Source: Elusimicrobiota bacterium (GTDB taxonomy: Bacteria > Elusimicrobiota > Elusimicrobia > F11). Taken from it: a DNA stretch of 64,000 nt. The translations under genes were made by a program, and so were the position numbers. Below the pieces are notes generated by a model. That model searched no databases, had not been told where the DNA came from, and saw only the letters and a list, made by a program, of their open reading frames with translations. The stretch is taken from positions 352,001 through 416,000 of the forward strand of contig JBGAON010000001.1 of NCBI GenBank assembly GCA_044221725.1, written 5' to 3'. Of the stretch, positions 20,313 to 29,624 are shown one piece after another (positions within the stretch are counted from its first letter, which is position 1; each line of letters begins with the position of its first letter).

Positions 20313-21608
20313 ATGAAAAGAATGACCTGGCTTCTTGTTCTGACAGTTGTTGCATCACCGTTTTTATCTTCGTGCAAAGGTTCAAAGGCTTCCGGAAGTG
20401 AAGCGGTTGTTGTTTGGCACTGGATGACCGATCGCGATGAAGCATTTCAGCACTTGGCTCAGGAATACAAGAAGGAAACTGGCAAAGACGTGCAATTCCA
20501 GCTTTATGCTCCCTCGGACGTTTACTCTCAAAAAGTTCGAGTCGGTGCACAGACGAACAGCCTTCCCGATATCTTTGGCGTTTTGGGTGACGCCCGCGAC
20601 CTGGCAAGCTTTATTGAAGCGGAGCACGTAGCGAACCTCACGAAGGAATTGGGCGATGGCCCAGGGTCGTGGAAATCACGTTTTTACGAGGAAGCATTGG
20701 CGACCACGTTCTACAAAGCAGGCAACAGCTTTCAGGTTCCCGAAGGCTATTACGGAATTCCAATTGATGTCACCACGATTCCGATGATTTACAACAAAAA
20801 ACTTTTCCAGAAAGCGGGCCTGGATCCAAACAATCCGCCAAAAACCTGGGATGATTTTATTGCCGCGGGTGTCGCATTGAAGAAGAGCGGTGTGACCGGA
20901 TTCGTCAGCGGTTGGGCCGAAACCTGGCTCATCTACTCGTTGGCCACCGATTTGGCTCACAATTTGATGGGCGAGGCGAAAGTGATGGACACGTTCGCGG
21001 GCAAGGTGCCTTACACGGATCCCGACTGGATTACAATCTTTACGGCATTTGAAAAATTGCAGAAAGCCGGATTCGCCGATCCGAGCCTTGTAACCTTGGG
21101 CAACAAAGCCGCCGAACAGGCCTTCTCGCAAGAGCGATCGGGTATGACGTTCAATGGTTCGTGGGCCGTCAATGTGTACGCGGGAATGAACCCGAAACTT
21201 GAATATGCACCGTTCCGTCCGTCAGCGCTTGGAAACAAATATCCTCAAACCGTTTGGGGAGGAGCGGGAACGGTTTTTCTTGTGAACGCGAAGTCAACAG
21301 CGAAAGACAACGCCGTGGCATTCCTCAAATGGTTATCGGACAAAAAGCAGGCCGGCTATTTGGTCTCCTCGACAAAGAACTTGCCGGCGGTGAACGATGC
21401 CGAAAGCGCCGATATTTCTCCGGTGCTCAAGCAGTTTGCCGATCTCATGAAAAATTCGATCCATCCGAACCGCTTCTCTGTTTCAGAGGATCCGAAGGTG
21501 CAAGAGGTGTTCACGAAGGGCATTCAATCGATTCTCATTGCGGAGAAGACGCCGCAACAAGTTGCGGCGGAAACGCAGAAAGCGAAGGAGAAGTCGAAAG
21601 TTCAATAG
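20313..21608 (+). CDS. Carbohydrate ABC transporter substrate-binding lipoprotein (family 1)
   Basis: Lipobox LSSC, VVWHW, PDIF, YGIP, YNKKLF..AGLD..PPKTWDDF. Confidence 0.9.
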   Translation: MKRMTWLLVLTVVASPFLSSCKGSKASGSEAVVVWHWMTDRDEAFQHLAQEYKKETGKDVQFQLYAPSDVYSQKVRVGAQTNSLPDIFGVLGDARDLASFIEAEHVANLTKELGDGPGSWKSRFYEEALATTFYKAGNSFQVPEGYYGIPIDVTTIPMIYNKKLFQKAGLDPNNPPKTWDDFIAAGVALKKSGVTGFVSGWAETWLIYSLATDLAHNLMGEAKVMDTFAGKVPYTDPDWITIFTAFEKLQKAGFADPSLVTLGNKAAEQAFSQERSGMTFNGSWAVNVYAGMNPKLEYAPFRPSALGNKYPQTVWGGAGTVFLVNAKSTAKDNAVAFLKWLSDKKQAGYLVSSTKNLPAVNDAESADISPVLKQFADLMKNSIHPNRFSVSEDPKVQEVFTKGIQSILIAEKTPQQVAAETQKAKEKSKVQ

Positions 21609-21610
21609 AT

Positions 21611-22528
21611 ATGAGCGAACCGTCGAGCGCAACAACGAAAACGCCGTCAAGATTTAGCTGGCACATGGCCAGCAACTATCTATTCGTTTTGCCGGCGCTG
21701 CTCATGTTTTTAACGTTCAACTTTTATCCTTACATTCAGGTTTTCTTCCTTTCGGTTTTTAAGTGGAACGGAATCTCTGTCCACAAAGTGTTCCTCGGAT
21801 TAGCGAATTACAAGGACATCTTCGTGGACAATCCGGCGTGGTGGACTTCGATGAGAAACGCCGGATACGTAACCTTCTTGGCGCTCACGGTTCAAAATGG
21901 CGTGGCTTTGATGCTCGCGTGGCTCGTGGACCGCGATATTCGCGGCGGTCAAATTTATCGTTCCATTTTTTTCTTGCCGCCGATTCTGTCCGGGATCGTT
22001 GTTGGTTTGATCTGGAACTGGATTTACCAGGGCGATTATGGATTGCTCAACGCCTGGTTGGAAGAGCTGGGTCTGCATTCCTACAAGCACGCCTGGTTGG
22101 CCGAACCGCAGACGGCGCTCACGGCGCTGGCGGTGGTGCACATGTGGAAAGGCTTTGGTTGGGGCTTCATTATTTTGTTGGCGGGGCTTCAAGGAATTCC
22201 GCGTGAGTTATACGAGGCCGCGCGGGTGGACGGCGCCAGCGAGGCGCGTATTTTTTGGAAAATTACGGTTCCGCTCATGATCCCGGTGTTCATTCTCGTT
22301 AGTGTTCTCACGATTTTGGGTACCATGCAGATGTACGATCTTGTTATCACCACAACCCGCGGCGGACCGGGGCTTCACACCGAAGTGCCGATGAAGCGAA
22401 TTCTCGATGAAATTACGCCTGGTTCGCGAGTGGGTTATGCGTCGGCCATGGGGGTTGTATTCGGAGCGGTATTGCTCGTTGTGTCCATGATCCAAATTCA
22501 GCTTTCAAAGTGGTTCAAGGCAGAATAA
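21611..22528 (+). CDS. Carbohydrate ABC transporter permease (MalF/UgpA type)
   Basis: YLFVLPA, FLGLANY, EAA loop LAGLQGIPRELYEAARVDGA. Confidence 0.92.
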   Translation: MSEPSSATTKTPSRFSWHMASNYLFVLPALLMFLTFNFYPYIQVFFLSVFKWNGISVHKVFLGLANYKDIFVDNPAWWTSMRNAGYVTFLALTVQNGVALMLAWLVDRDIRGGQIYRSIFFLPPILSGIVVGLIWNWIYQGDYGLLNAWLEELGLHSYKHAWLAEPQTALTALAVVHMWKGFGWGFIILLAGLQGIPRELYEAARVDGASEARIFWKITVPLMIPVFILVSVLTILGTMQMYDLVITTTRGGPGLHTEVPMKRILDEITPGSRVGYASAMGVVFGAVLLVVSMIQIQLSKWFKAE

Positions 22529-22529
22529 T

Positions 22530-23435
22530 ATGAATCGCACAATTCCCATGGAAGACCAGTTAATTAATCCCGTACGAAAGCGCTTTACGGCGGAGCGGAT
22601 TCGACTGCGTGTGACGCGAGCGGTCAAAAACGTCATCAAGCACACGATTCTTATTTTGGTCGCCATCAGCTGCGTTTTCCCTCTTGTCTGGATGTTGTCT
22701 TCCGCATTAAAAACTCAAGCCACTGTTTTCACCGATCTCAGCCTTATCCCGTCCGACCCGCAATTTGTGAATTTTGCTGACGCGTGGACAAAAGGAAAAT
22801 TCGCGGTTTATTTCTTTAACAGTGTGCTTTACACGGTGTCGTGTGTGTTTGGCGTGTTGCTAATTTCCTCATTGGCCGCTTTCGCCTTCGCGCGGCTTCA
22901 GTTCCCCGGCAAGAATGCTCTTTACTATCTTTTCTTGATTACCCTGATGATTCCCGTGCCCGGCGCCATTGTGGCGCTGTATGTTTTGCTCATCAAACTC
23001 GGCATCATTAATACGCGTATTGGTTACATGCTTCCACAGATTAATGGCGGGCTCGCGTTGGGCTTGTTTATCTTGCGCCCGTTCTTCGAGCGTATTCCAA
23101 AAGATCTTGAGGATGCGGCGCGCATTGATGGCTGCGGTCGGTTGGGAATCTATTGGAATGTGGCAATTCCGTTGGCAAAACCTGCGCTCGCGGTGGTCGC
23201 CTTATTCACGTCGCTTTCTGTTTGGAATGAATTCATGTTGGCTCAACTTGTGTTGCAGTCGCAGTCCCTCATGCCGCTGCAGTTGGGGCTCGTTAAATTT
23301 TGGGGAGGCACGCTCACCGAATATCCGCTGCTTATGGCCGGCATGGCCATTTCTGTCATACCTATTATTATCGCGTACATCTTTCTGCAGCGGCACATCA
23401 TCGCCGGTGTTACAGCCGGCGCATTAAAAGGGTAA
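22530..23435 (+). CDS. Carbohydrate ABC transporter permease (MalG/UgpE type)
   Basis: FFNS, FAFARLQFPGK, IPKDLEDAARIDG, WNEF, FLQRHI..G...GALKG. Confidence 0.92.
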   Translation: MNRTIPMEDQLINPVRKRFTAERIRLRVTRAVKNVIKHTILILVAISCVFPLVWMLSSALKTQATVFTDLSLIPSDPQFVNFADAWTKGKFAVYFFNSVLYTVSCVFGVLLISSLAAFAFARLQFPGKNALYYLFLITLMIPVPGAIVALYVLLIKLGIINTRIGYMLPQINGGLALGLFILRPFFERIPKDLEDAARIDGCGRLGIYWNVAIPLAKPALAVVALFTSLSVWNEFMLAQLVLQSQSLMPLQLGLVKFWGGTLTEYPLLMAGMAISVIPIIIAYIFLQRHIIAGVTAGALKG

Positions 23436-23466
23436 GCCTTCGCCAATTGAATTACGCCACCAACCA

Positions 23467-25431
23467 ATGAAAAAAATCTTGGTTCTCTTGATGACGGTGG
23501 CGGGTCTCACTCCGATCTTCGCCGACGATTCCTATGTGGAGCCGGGATCGCTCCGCCTCTCTCACGAAATTGTAATTGAAAATGTGATGCACCGTTTGGA
23601 TTCCGGTTGGCGCGCAACGAATAACAATCTCGATAAGACCTACACGAAAGACGGTTCCGGTAATCCACCGTGGAAATCCGAATGGGGGGAATCTCTTTTA
23701 ACCGAAGCGGCGACGCGCATCACGCCGGATATATTTGGTCGCGTGCTTTTCGAAATGCAAGGCGATTACGCGGATCGGTTCTGGCGGCCGAACAACATCG
23801 AGCATGACATTGATAATAAGGACCGGTATGTTTTTCTAAGGCAAGCGGAGGCGCGTGTCGATAAAGATGAGTGGTTCGTGCATGGCTTCCAAGGGGTCGG
23901 TCACAACGACTGGTACGACAAAGGGGATTTCTTCCATTTGTATCCGGCGTCATACCCCGACGACGATTATCTTGGCCGCTCCGGTGCATTTGGAATTTAT
24001 CCCGATCCGTTTAAACAAGATAACTTTCTCAATATTTCGAAACGACATGCGCCGCGCGGCGTCGAGGGCGGGGTAAACGCCTTCGGAATGGACTTCGGCG
24101 CTGCGCTCGGTAACGAGCTCAACTTCGGTTACAACGAAGCCGCGTATGGTCGCGTGTCTGCGCCGATCGGATCAACCCGACTCACGTTCGTTTACAAAAA
24201 CGAGGATGTGCCTTACATGAAAGCGGTGGATCCTGATAATAATGAGCGCGACCGCGCGTACGCGTTGTCCTGGCGGGCTCCGTTTGAAGCCGGACATGTG
24301 TTCGAAGCCGGTGTAAAATACCGGCCGTTTCGCGTGGGCCAGAATTATTTAATGGCGAACGACGTTTCCGCAGGTTCAGGGCTGCAAGGCTCCTCGACGG
24401 AAATCACCGAGGGAAAGACCGGGACGAAGGACGCGTTTGCGGAACGCATTCGATACGAGCATCACGCGTCTCTCAAAGACCGGGTTGTTGTGTTGTCGGC
24501 GGATGTCACGCATGCGGGCCTTGTCGCTGGGAACAAAAATGAAATTGATTTGAGTGCGGCCACCGACATAGTTCCCGTGTTTCGCGGCATTCTTGATTAC
24601 ACGTATCGCAAGCCGCTGGAAGGACCAATTCCGCTGTTGTATGAGGGAACACCCGCAAATATGGGTGCCATTGCGGCGAATCCACGCAGCCCAGAAAGCC
24701 CGTTTACCGTCGATTGGGATAATCGCGAAGCTGTTTTTCTTACAGCGACATTCATTTTCGATCCTACTCCCGGAACGAGCATGCTCAAGTACAATCCGAG
24801 CAGTTTGCAAATGTGGAACGTAAATTCAGAAGAAAATGCACCGTTTAATGTCGCGTTCCAATACAAGATGAGCGATTATCGCACCGCCACCGACCGGCTT
24901 ACGTACATCGATGCGGAAGGAAATTACGTTTTCGAACCGGCCGGCCACGAGGGCGCCTGGGCAACCGACCATCCGATTAGCGCGTACAGTCTAATGTTGC
25001 TTGGCCATCCTCATCGCTGGAGCTGGATGCTCGGTATTTCGGGCGGACAAATGCTCGCGTATCAGAGCTTGGCGTATACCACCGACACCAGTGTCAATAA
25101 ACCCATCACCGATTTTTATTCGATCGAAGCAAAACTTGAACGTTGGCCGTATACATTGTGGGCGCATTACGGTTATGGTGTTTGGGGACCGGAAAATTAT
25201 CAGGCGCAATTTGGTGAGGCGTTTGATCGATTGTGGGGTCTGGGTCTAAGTTATAAGATCACCGTCAATACAACCGTCGATGTAAGTTATTTGGCGGCGC
25301 GCCAAGACGACAACTTGTTTGTCGCCCCCGACCTTGGCTCGTACGACGAAATTCGCACGTTATTTTCTCATCGCTTTGGTTTTCAATTTCAATTTGTTGA
25401 AGCTGCGCGCAGCGGTTACCAAGCGCGATAG
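23467..25431 (+). CDS. Secreted, probably outer-membrane beta-barrel protein
   Basis: Signal peptide (..TPIFA), many alternating aromatic beta-strands, no TM helices; inside glycan operon. Confidence 0.7.
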   Translation: MKKILVLLMTVAGLTPIFADDSYVEPGSLRLSHEIVIENVMHRLDSGWRATNNNLDKTYTKDGSGNPPWKSEWGESLLTEAATRITPDIFGRVLFEMQGDYADRFWRPNNIEHDIDNKDRYVFLRQAEARVDKDEWFVHGFQGVGHNDWYDKGDFFHLYPASYPDDDYLGRSGAFGIYPDPFKQDNFLNISKRHAPRGVEGGVNAFGMDFGAALGNELNFGYNEAAYGRVSAPIGSTRLTFVYKNEDVPYMKAVDPDNNERDRAYALSWRAPFEAGHVFEAGVKYRPFRVGQNYLMANDVSAGSGLQGSSTEITEGKTGTKDAFAERIRYEHHASLKDRVVVLSADVTHAGLVAGNKNEIDLSAATDIVPVFRGILDYTYRKPLEGPIPLLYEGTPANMGAIAANPRSPESPFTVDWDNREAVFLTATFIFDPTPGTSMLKYNPSSLQMWNVNSEENAPFNVAFQYKMSDYRTATDRLTYIDAEGNYVFEPAGHEGAWATDHPISAYSLMLLGHPHRWSWMLGISGGQMLAYQSLAYTTDTSVNKPITDFYSIEAKLERWPYTLWAHYGYGVWGPENYQAQFGEAFDRLWGLGLSYKITVNTTVDVSYLAARQDDNLFVAPDLGSYDEIRTLFSHRFGFQFQFVEAARSGYQAR

Positions 25432-25470
25432 CGGATTGGATGAATAGTCTTAACACGGAGGAGTGTTCAC

Positions 25471-26175
25471 ATGAATAAGAATAAGACAGTGTTGTCGTTG
25501 CTCTTGGGAGCCGCATTGGTTGGTGCCGGTGTGCTTTCGGCAGCGACACCGGATAAGAAAAAAGCAGGCAAGACCGCAGGAGCGGCCGCTTCAGACGATG
25601 TGTTTTATATCTATACCGAGCGTGGATCCCGATTGAACCATTACGTTCCGTCCGGTTGGATGGGCGATTACGGCGACATCAAAATGAACCAAGGTTGGGT
25701 CAAAAATGCGCCAGCCAAAGATGCAAAAAAAGATTCAAAAGCTCCGTCCAAGGCGGAAGAGCCGAAACCAGGCGAAGACACCGTCATTCAGGTCAAATAT
25801 TCGGCTGAGCGGAAGCAAGGCGCGGGATGGGCTGGAATTTATTGGCAGCATCCGGCCAACAACTGGGGCGACAAGCGCGGTGGCTTTGATTTGTCGTCCT
25901 ATTCAAAACTGACGTTCATGGCGAAAGGTGAGCAGGGCGGCGAAGTCATCGATAAATTCTTCATTGGCGGCATTACCGGCCAAACGGAAGAAGGCGATTC
26001 CGATGAGGCTTCCTTGAGCCCGGTGACGCTCACAAAAGATTGGAAAAAATACGAAGTGTCGCTCAAAGGGCTTGATATGAGCCACATCATCGGTGGCTTT
26101 GGTTTCGCGGCGAACGCGGACGCCAACCCGAACGGCTTCACGATGTATCTCGACGACATCCGGTTGGAAAAATAA
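25471..26175 (+). CDS. Secreted carbohydrate-binding-like (galactose-binding fold, CBM11/CIA30-like) protein
   Basis: Signal peptide; PSGWMGD, WAGIYWQHPANNWG, DLSSYSKLTF..KGE.GGE, W..Y..L, YLDDIR; strong GGAGGAG RBS. Confidence 0.75.
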   Translation: MNKNKTVLSLLLGAALVGAGVLSAATPDKKKAGKTAGAAASDDVFYIYTERGSRLNHYVPSGWMGDYGDIKMNQGWVKNAPAKDAKKDSKAPSKAEEPKPGEDTVIQVKYSAERKQGAGWAGIYWQHPANNWGDKRGGFDLSSYSKLTFMAKGEQGGEVIDKFFIGGITGQTEEGDSDEASLSPVTLTKDWKKYEVSLKGLDMSHIIGGFGFAANADANPNGFTMYLDDIRLEK

Positions 26176-26188
26176 ATCTTCGCTTTGC

Positions 26189-26226
26189 CCCGTTCCGTCG
26201 TTCGCCTTGGCGAGCGGCGGAACGGG
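26189..26226 (+). other. Strong intergenic RNA hairpin without U-tract
   Basis: CCCGTTCCGTCGTTCGC-cttg-GCGAGCGGCGGAACGGG, 17-bp stem with two G-U pairs. Confidence 0.7.
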
Positions 26227-26238
26227 ACGGAGATTTGA

Positions 26239-27390
26239 GTGAATTGGCGAAGTCACTTAGCATCCCCTCTTTTTTGCGGTTTTCTTTTGATAACCGCGCT
26301 CTCCACTAACAACTCTCAGGAACGATTGGGCGAAGCGCCCAAATCAGACGGCACCCCAAAAACCGTCGACTACAATATCACGCGTGGTGAAGCGATTCCG
26401 GTCCCCGCAAAAAAGACCCGATTGCCGCTGGTGGTTTATGGCGACAGCAAAGGCGCCGTCGGCAGTTTCGCCCCAAGCGGATACATGGGCGATGTTGAAT
26501 CGTTAAGAATCAAAGGCGCGGACTTTTCGGCACCGCTGACATCGTTGGGAGACGGAAGTTCGTGTTTGCGAGTTGAAGTGGTTCCTCGGGGTCGGCAAGG
26601 TTGGGCCGGACTCTATTGGCAAACGCCGGCCAACAATTGGGGAAAAATAAAAGGCGCGGGTTACGATCTTACGAAGGCGCAGCGGCTAACATTCTGGGCG
26701 CGCGGCGAAAAAGGCGGTGAGTTGATTGCGCAATTTTCGGTGGGAGGGCTTGTTGGTCCCTACCCCGATACCGATTCCGCGAAGCTTGGCCCCATTCGTC
26801 TCAACAAAGAGTGGACGCAGTATGTGATCGATCTCACAGCAAAAGATTTGCGCCACATTGTCGGAGGGTTTGAATTTATCGTGCGGCGAACAGACAATCC
26901 ACGCGGCGCGGTTTTCTACTTGGATGAAATTATTTTTCAAGGAGATGTGACCGTCAGCGAAGCACCGCCGCAGCCGCTCCCACCGCACCACGATTTAACG
27001 ACGCAGCAGTTTCCCGAACCGTTGCCAACGATGCCGAAGCTAACAAAATCCGTTTTGGTGGTTGTTCCTTTTGACTCAGCAAAAACGGCGTTCGGCAAGG
27101 AAGGAACGGATTTGCTGAATGAAATTGCTGCCGTTTCGCACAAATACGCGGACGCTGCCATTCTTATTGAGGGTCACACCGATAGCACGGGACCCGAAGC
27201 GGTCAATCAAAAACTATCCGAGATGCGTGCGAAAGCGGTGGCTGACTATTTGGTGACGAAAAACGTACCGCGCGAACGTATGACGATAAAAGGGCACGGA
27301 TCGGAACGGCCGGTACGCGAAGGAGCCAATTTGACGCCGGAAGGCCGAATGAAAAACCGTCGCGTGGAAGTAACGCTGGTGGCCCAGTGA
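26239..27390 (+). CDS. CBM-like domain + Pro-rich linker + OmpA-like peptidoglycan-binding domain
   Basis: Paralog of previous gene (PSGYMGD, WAGLYWQTPANNWG, LTFWARGEKGGE); IEGHTD..G....N..LS..RA, NRRVEV. Confidence 0.85.
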   Translation: MNWRSHLASPLFCGFLLITALSTNNSQERLGEAPKSDGTPKTVDYNITRGEAIPVPAKKTRLPLVVYGDSKGAVGSFAPSGYMGDVESLRIKGADFSAPLTSLGDGSSCLRVEVVPRGRQGWAGLYWQTPANNWGKIKGAGYDLTKAQRLTFWARGEKGGELIAQFSVGGLVGPYPDTDSAKLGPIRLNKEWTQYVIDLTAKDLRHIVGGFEFIVRRTDNPRGAVFYLDEIIFQGDVTVSEAPPQPLPPHHDLTTQQFPEPLPTMPKLTKSVLVVVPFDSAKTAFGKEGTDLLNEIAAVSHKYADAAILIEGHTDSTGPEAVNQKLSEMRAKAVADYLVTKNVPRERMTIKGHGSERPVREGANLTPEGRMKNRRVEVTLVAQ

Positions 27391-28055
27391 AAAACCGAAA
27401 CTTTTTCTTTTTGCTCGGAACGCTCGCTCTCGTGCCGGCCTGCGAGAAAAATCCTGTCGACAAACTGACGAATCCGTTGCCGAACGGTAGCGTTCCCCGA
27501 TCCAGCGGTATTTATCCGATTTATCATGACGAGCTGGAAACGGGGGGTGGGCTTGGATTCATTCCTGGTGGCGAAAACCAGGTGATCGATTTGTTTGATA
27601 ATTCGAGCCCCCGTCAGACCGCGCGTCAAATCCGCTACACATGGAATGGCGGCGATGTATCGGATGCGGAACACAGCACCACCGCGCACACGTTTGCCGG
27701 TTTTTCGTTGTTGGTGACGCCAAACTTCTCCACCCTTTCGGCGGCGCCGGCAAAAGATCTTTCCACGGCCGGATACACAAAACTTACGCTTCTTCTCCGC
27801 GGTTCGTTGTCCACCGGCACCAAGCTGCGCGTTGAGGGGCCCAGCGACGGAACGGCAACCCCTGCTCGACAAGAGTTGGATGCCGCGCAAATATCTCAAG
27901 CCTGGCAACTCGTGACGGTGGCCGTTCCGCCGTCTGATTTCTCCAATATCAAAACCTTCGCGACCATTTCGATTCAATACACGCAGCCGCCTCGCACGAC
28001 CAATCCAGGAGAAGGCGGAACAATTTACGTGACGCAGATTCAATATGAACGCTAG
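27387..28055 (+). CDS. Lipoprotein with CBM-like beta-sandwich
   Basis: Lipobox VPAC; DLSTAGYTKLT..LRG, WQLVTV, IYVTQIQY. Confidence 0.7.
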   Translation: MKNRNFFFLLGTLALVPACEKNPVDKLTNPLPNGSVPRSSGIYPIYHDELETGGGLGFIPGGENQVIDLFDNSSPRQTARQIRYTWNGGDVSDAEHSTTAHTFAGFSLLVTPNFSTLSAAPAKDLSTAGYTKLTLLLRGSLSTGTKLRVEGPSDGTATPARQELDAAQISQAWQLVTVAVPPSDFSNIKTFATISIQYTQPPRTTNPGEGGTIYVTQIQYER

Positions 28056-28629
28056 GGCCGCGCTGTCTTTTCTATTGGTGACCCAAATGGCGGTAGCGTC
28101 GTGGGCGGCGGATTCTTCAGCGAGCGCGGCGGCATCTTCCGAAAGAGGAAACTACATTGGCGAAGCGGCCGAGGCGACCGTGGGGCGCGTGTTTGGTGTT
28201 GAGGGAGACGCCGCCGAAATAAATTATCACGTGTTTGAACTCACCTCTCATTCTCCGGCGAACGCGGCCATTCGCTCCGGCATCATCCCGGGTTGGGGAC
28301 AGTATTTCAATAACGAGCGCGTGAAGGGTTCGGTTTTGTTCTTGGCCACATTGGGCGCGGTCGTCGCGAGCGTGCATCTTCACAATTCTGCCGAGAAATC
28401 TTACGACGATTACCAGGCGCTCGGACAGAAAGACAGTTCGTTGTACGATGATTACGAACGGGCGTACACCGGTTCCATCGTTCTTGGAAGCGCCGCTGCC
28501 GTTTTGTGGTTGGTTGGAATTTGGGACGCGCACCACAATGCGTATCATCCGCTCTATTCGAAAAATGTCACGGTGGATGTGGCGTACGCGGACAACACCT
28601 CTCAAATTCGCGTAAAGAAAAGTTTCTAG
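28045..28629 (+). CDS. DUF5683-like membrane protein
   Basis: AAIRSGIIPGWGQYFN motif, two hydrophobic helices, WDA. Confidence 0.6.
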   Translation: MNARAALSFLLVTQMAVASWAADSSASAAASSERGNYIGEAAEATVGRVFGVEGDAAEINYHVFELTSHSPANAAIRSGIIPGWGQYFNNERVKGSVLFLATLGAVVASVHLHNSAEKSYDDYQALGQKDSSLYDDYERAYTGSIVLGSAAAVLWLVGIWDAHHNAYHPLYSKNVTVDVAYADNTSQIRVKKSF

Positions 28630-28683
28630 AAAAATTTCTTGTGCGAGCGCACCTTGATTTAATATTTTGTGCGTGGAGAACCT

Positions 28684-29583
28684 ATGTTTTTACCCACTTT
28701 ATTCAACCGTTTGAATAAAATCTGGCCCTGCGCATTCGTGGCGGGCATGATCGCAACAACTCTTATGCTGCCTGGCTGCAAAAAGAAAGAACGGCTCACC
28801 GCTTCGACGTTTTCATTTTCGATTACGCCTCCCGCCTCCACTGTTTTGAAGACCGAATCGATCACGCTCATGGCAAAAGGTTCGTCGGCGAGCGGATCGG
28901 TGGACGTGAACCCCACGTGGAGCGTGTCGCCCACAACGCTGGGTTCTTTGAACACCACAATCGGACGCAGCGTCGTTTTTCAACCGACCGGTCTGGGAGA
29001 CGTGGTGGTCACCGGCGTGTATGACGGCATTGCGGCGACATCACAAATTGCGATTGTGACCTACAAGCCCACCGCAAACACATTTGATATTTATAACGAC
29101 AACGGACTTCCCGCCGGCAGCGACGTGGACAGCGATATTTTTACGTCGGGCGGGCTTTCTCTCACCGAGCTTTCGAGCGGGTACACACCGGAAGGTTCAA
29201 AGTACGAACACACCACCAATGCGATCACGAACAATTTTTGGGGCGTGACCGTTGATAAACTGAATACGGGGAAGCGAAAAGATCTTTCGGGATTTTCATC
29301 CGGCGCTCTGAAATTCTCGTTGCGCCTTGCGCGGTCGCTTTCCGTGACAGAAAGCATTCGAATCGATATTGTAGATTCGGCGCAAACGGTTTCGTACACG
29401 TTGAGCAGCGGTTCCGATAATTACAATCGACTGAGCACCGATTGGCAAGAAATTTCGTTGTCGTTGCCAGCACGATTTGCAACATTGGATAGCGCTCATG
29501 TAAAAGTACCGTTTGTAATTGTTCCGACGGCGCTGGGTGCGCCGTTGACCTTTGACGTTGATGCCGTTCGTTGGGAGCGGTAG
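28684..29583 (+). CDS. Lipoprotein with Ig-like and CBM-like domains
   Basis: Lipobox LPGC; Ig-like ITPP...PTWSV; PEG, FWG, DLSGFSSGALKF, WQEISL, DVDAVRW. Confidence 0.75.
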   Translation: MFLPTLFNRLNKIWPCAFVAGMIATTLMLPGCKKKERLTASTFSFSITPPASTVLKTESITLMAKGSSASGSVDVNPTWSVSPTTLGSLNTTIGRSVVFQPTGLGDVVVTGVYDGIAATSQIAIVTYKPTANTFDIYNDNGLPAGSDVDSDIFTSGGLSLTELSSGYTPEGSKYEHTTNAITNNFWGVTVDKLNTGKRKDLSGFSSGALKFSLRLARSLSVTESIRIDIVDSAQTVSYTLSSGSDNYNRLSTDWQEISLSLPARFATLDSAHVKVPFVIVPTALGAPLTFDVDAVRWER

Positions 29584-29624
29584 CCGGCGAAGAAAATTTT
29601 TTGATCGAATTAAAGCGCTTGAAT

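Noticed and set aside
20313..23435. Sugar ABC transporter defective because no ATPase gene is adjacent
   Set aside because: CUT1 transporters often share a MalK/MsmX-type ATPase encoded elsewhere
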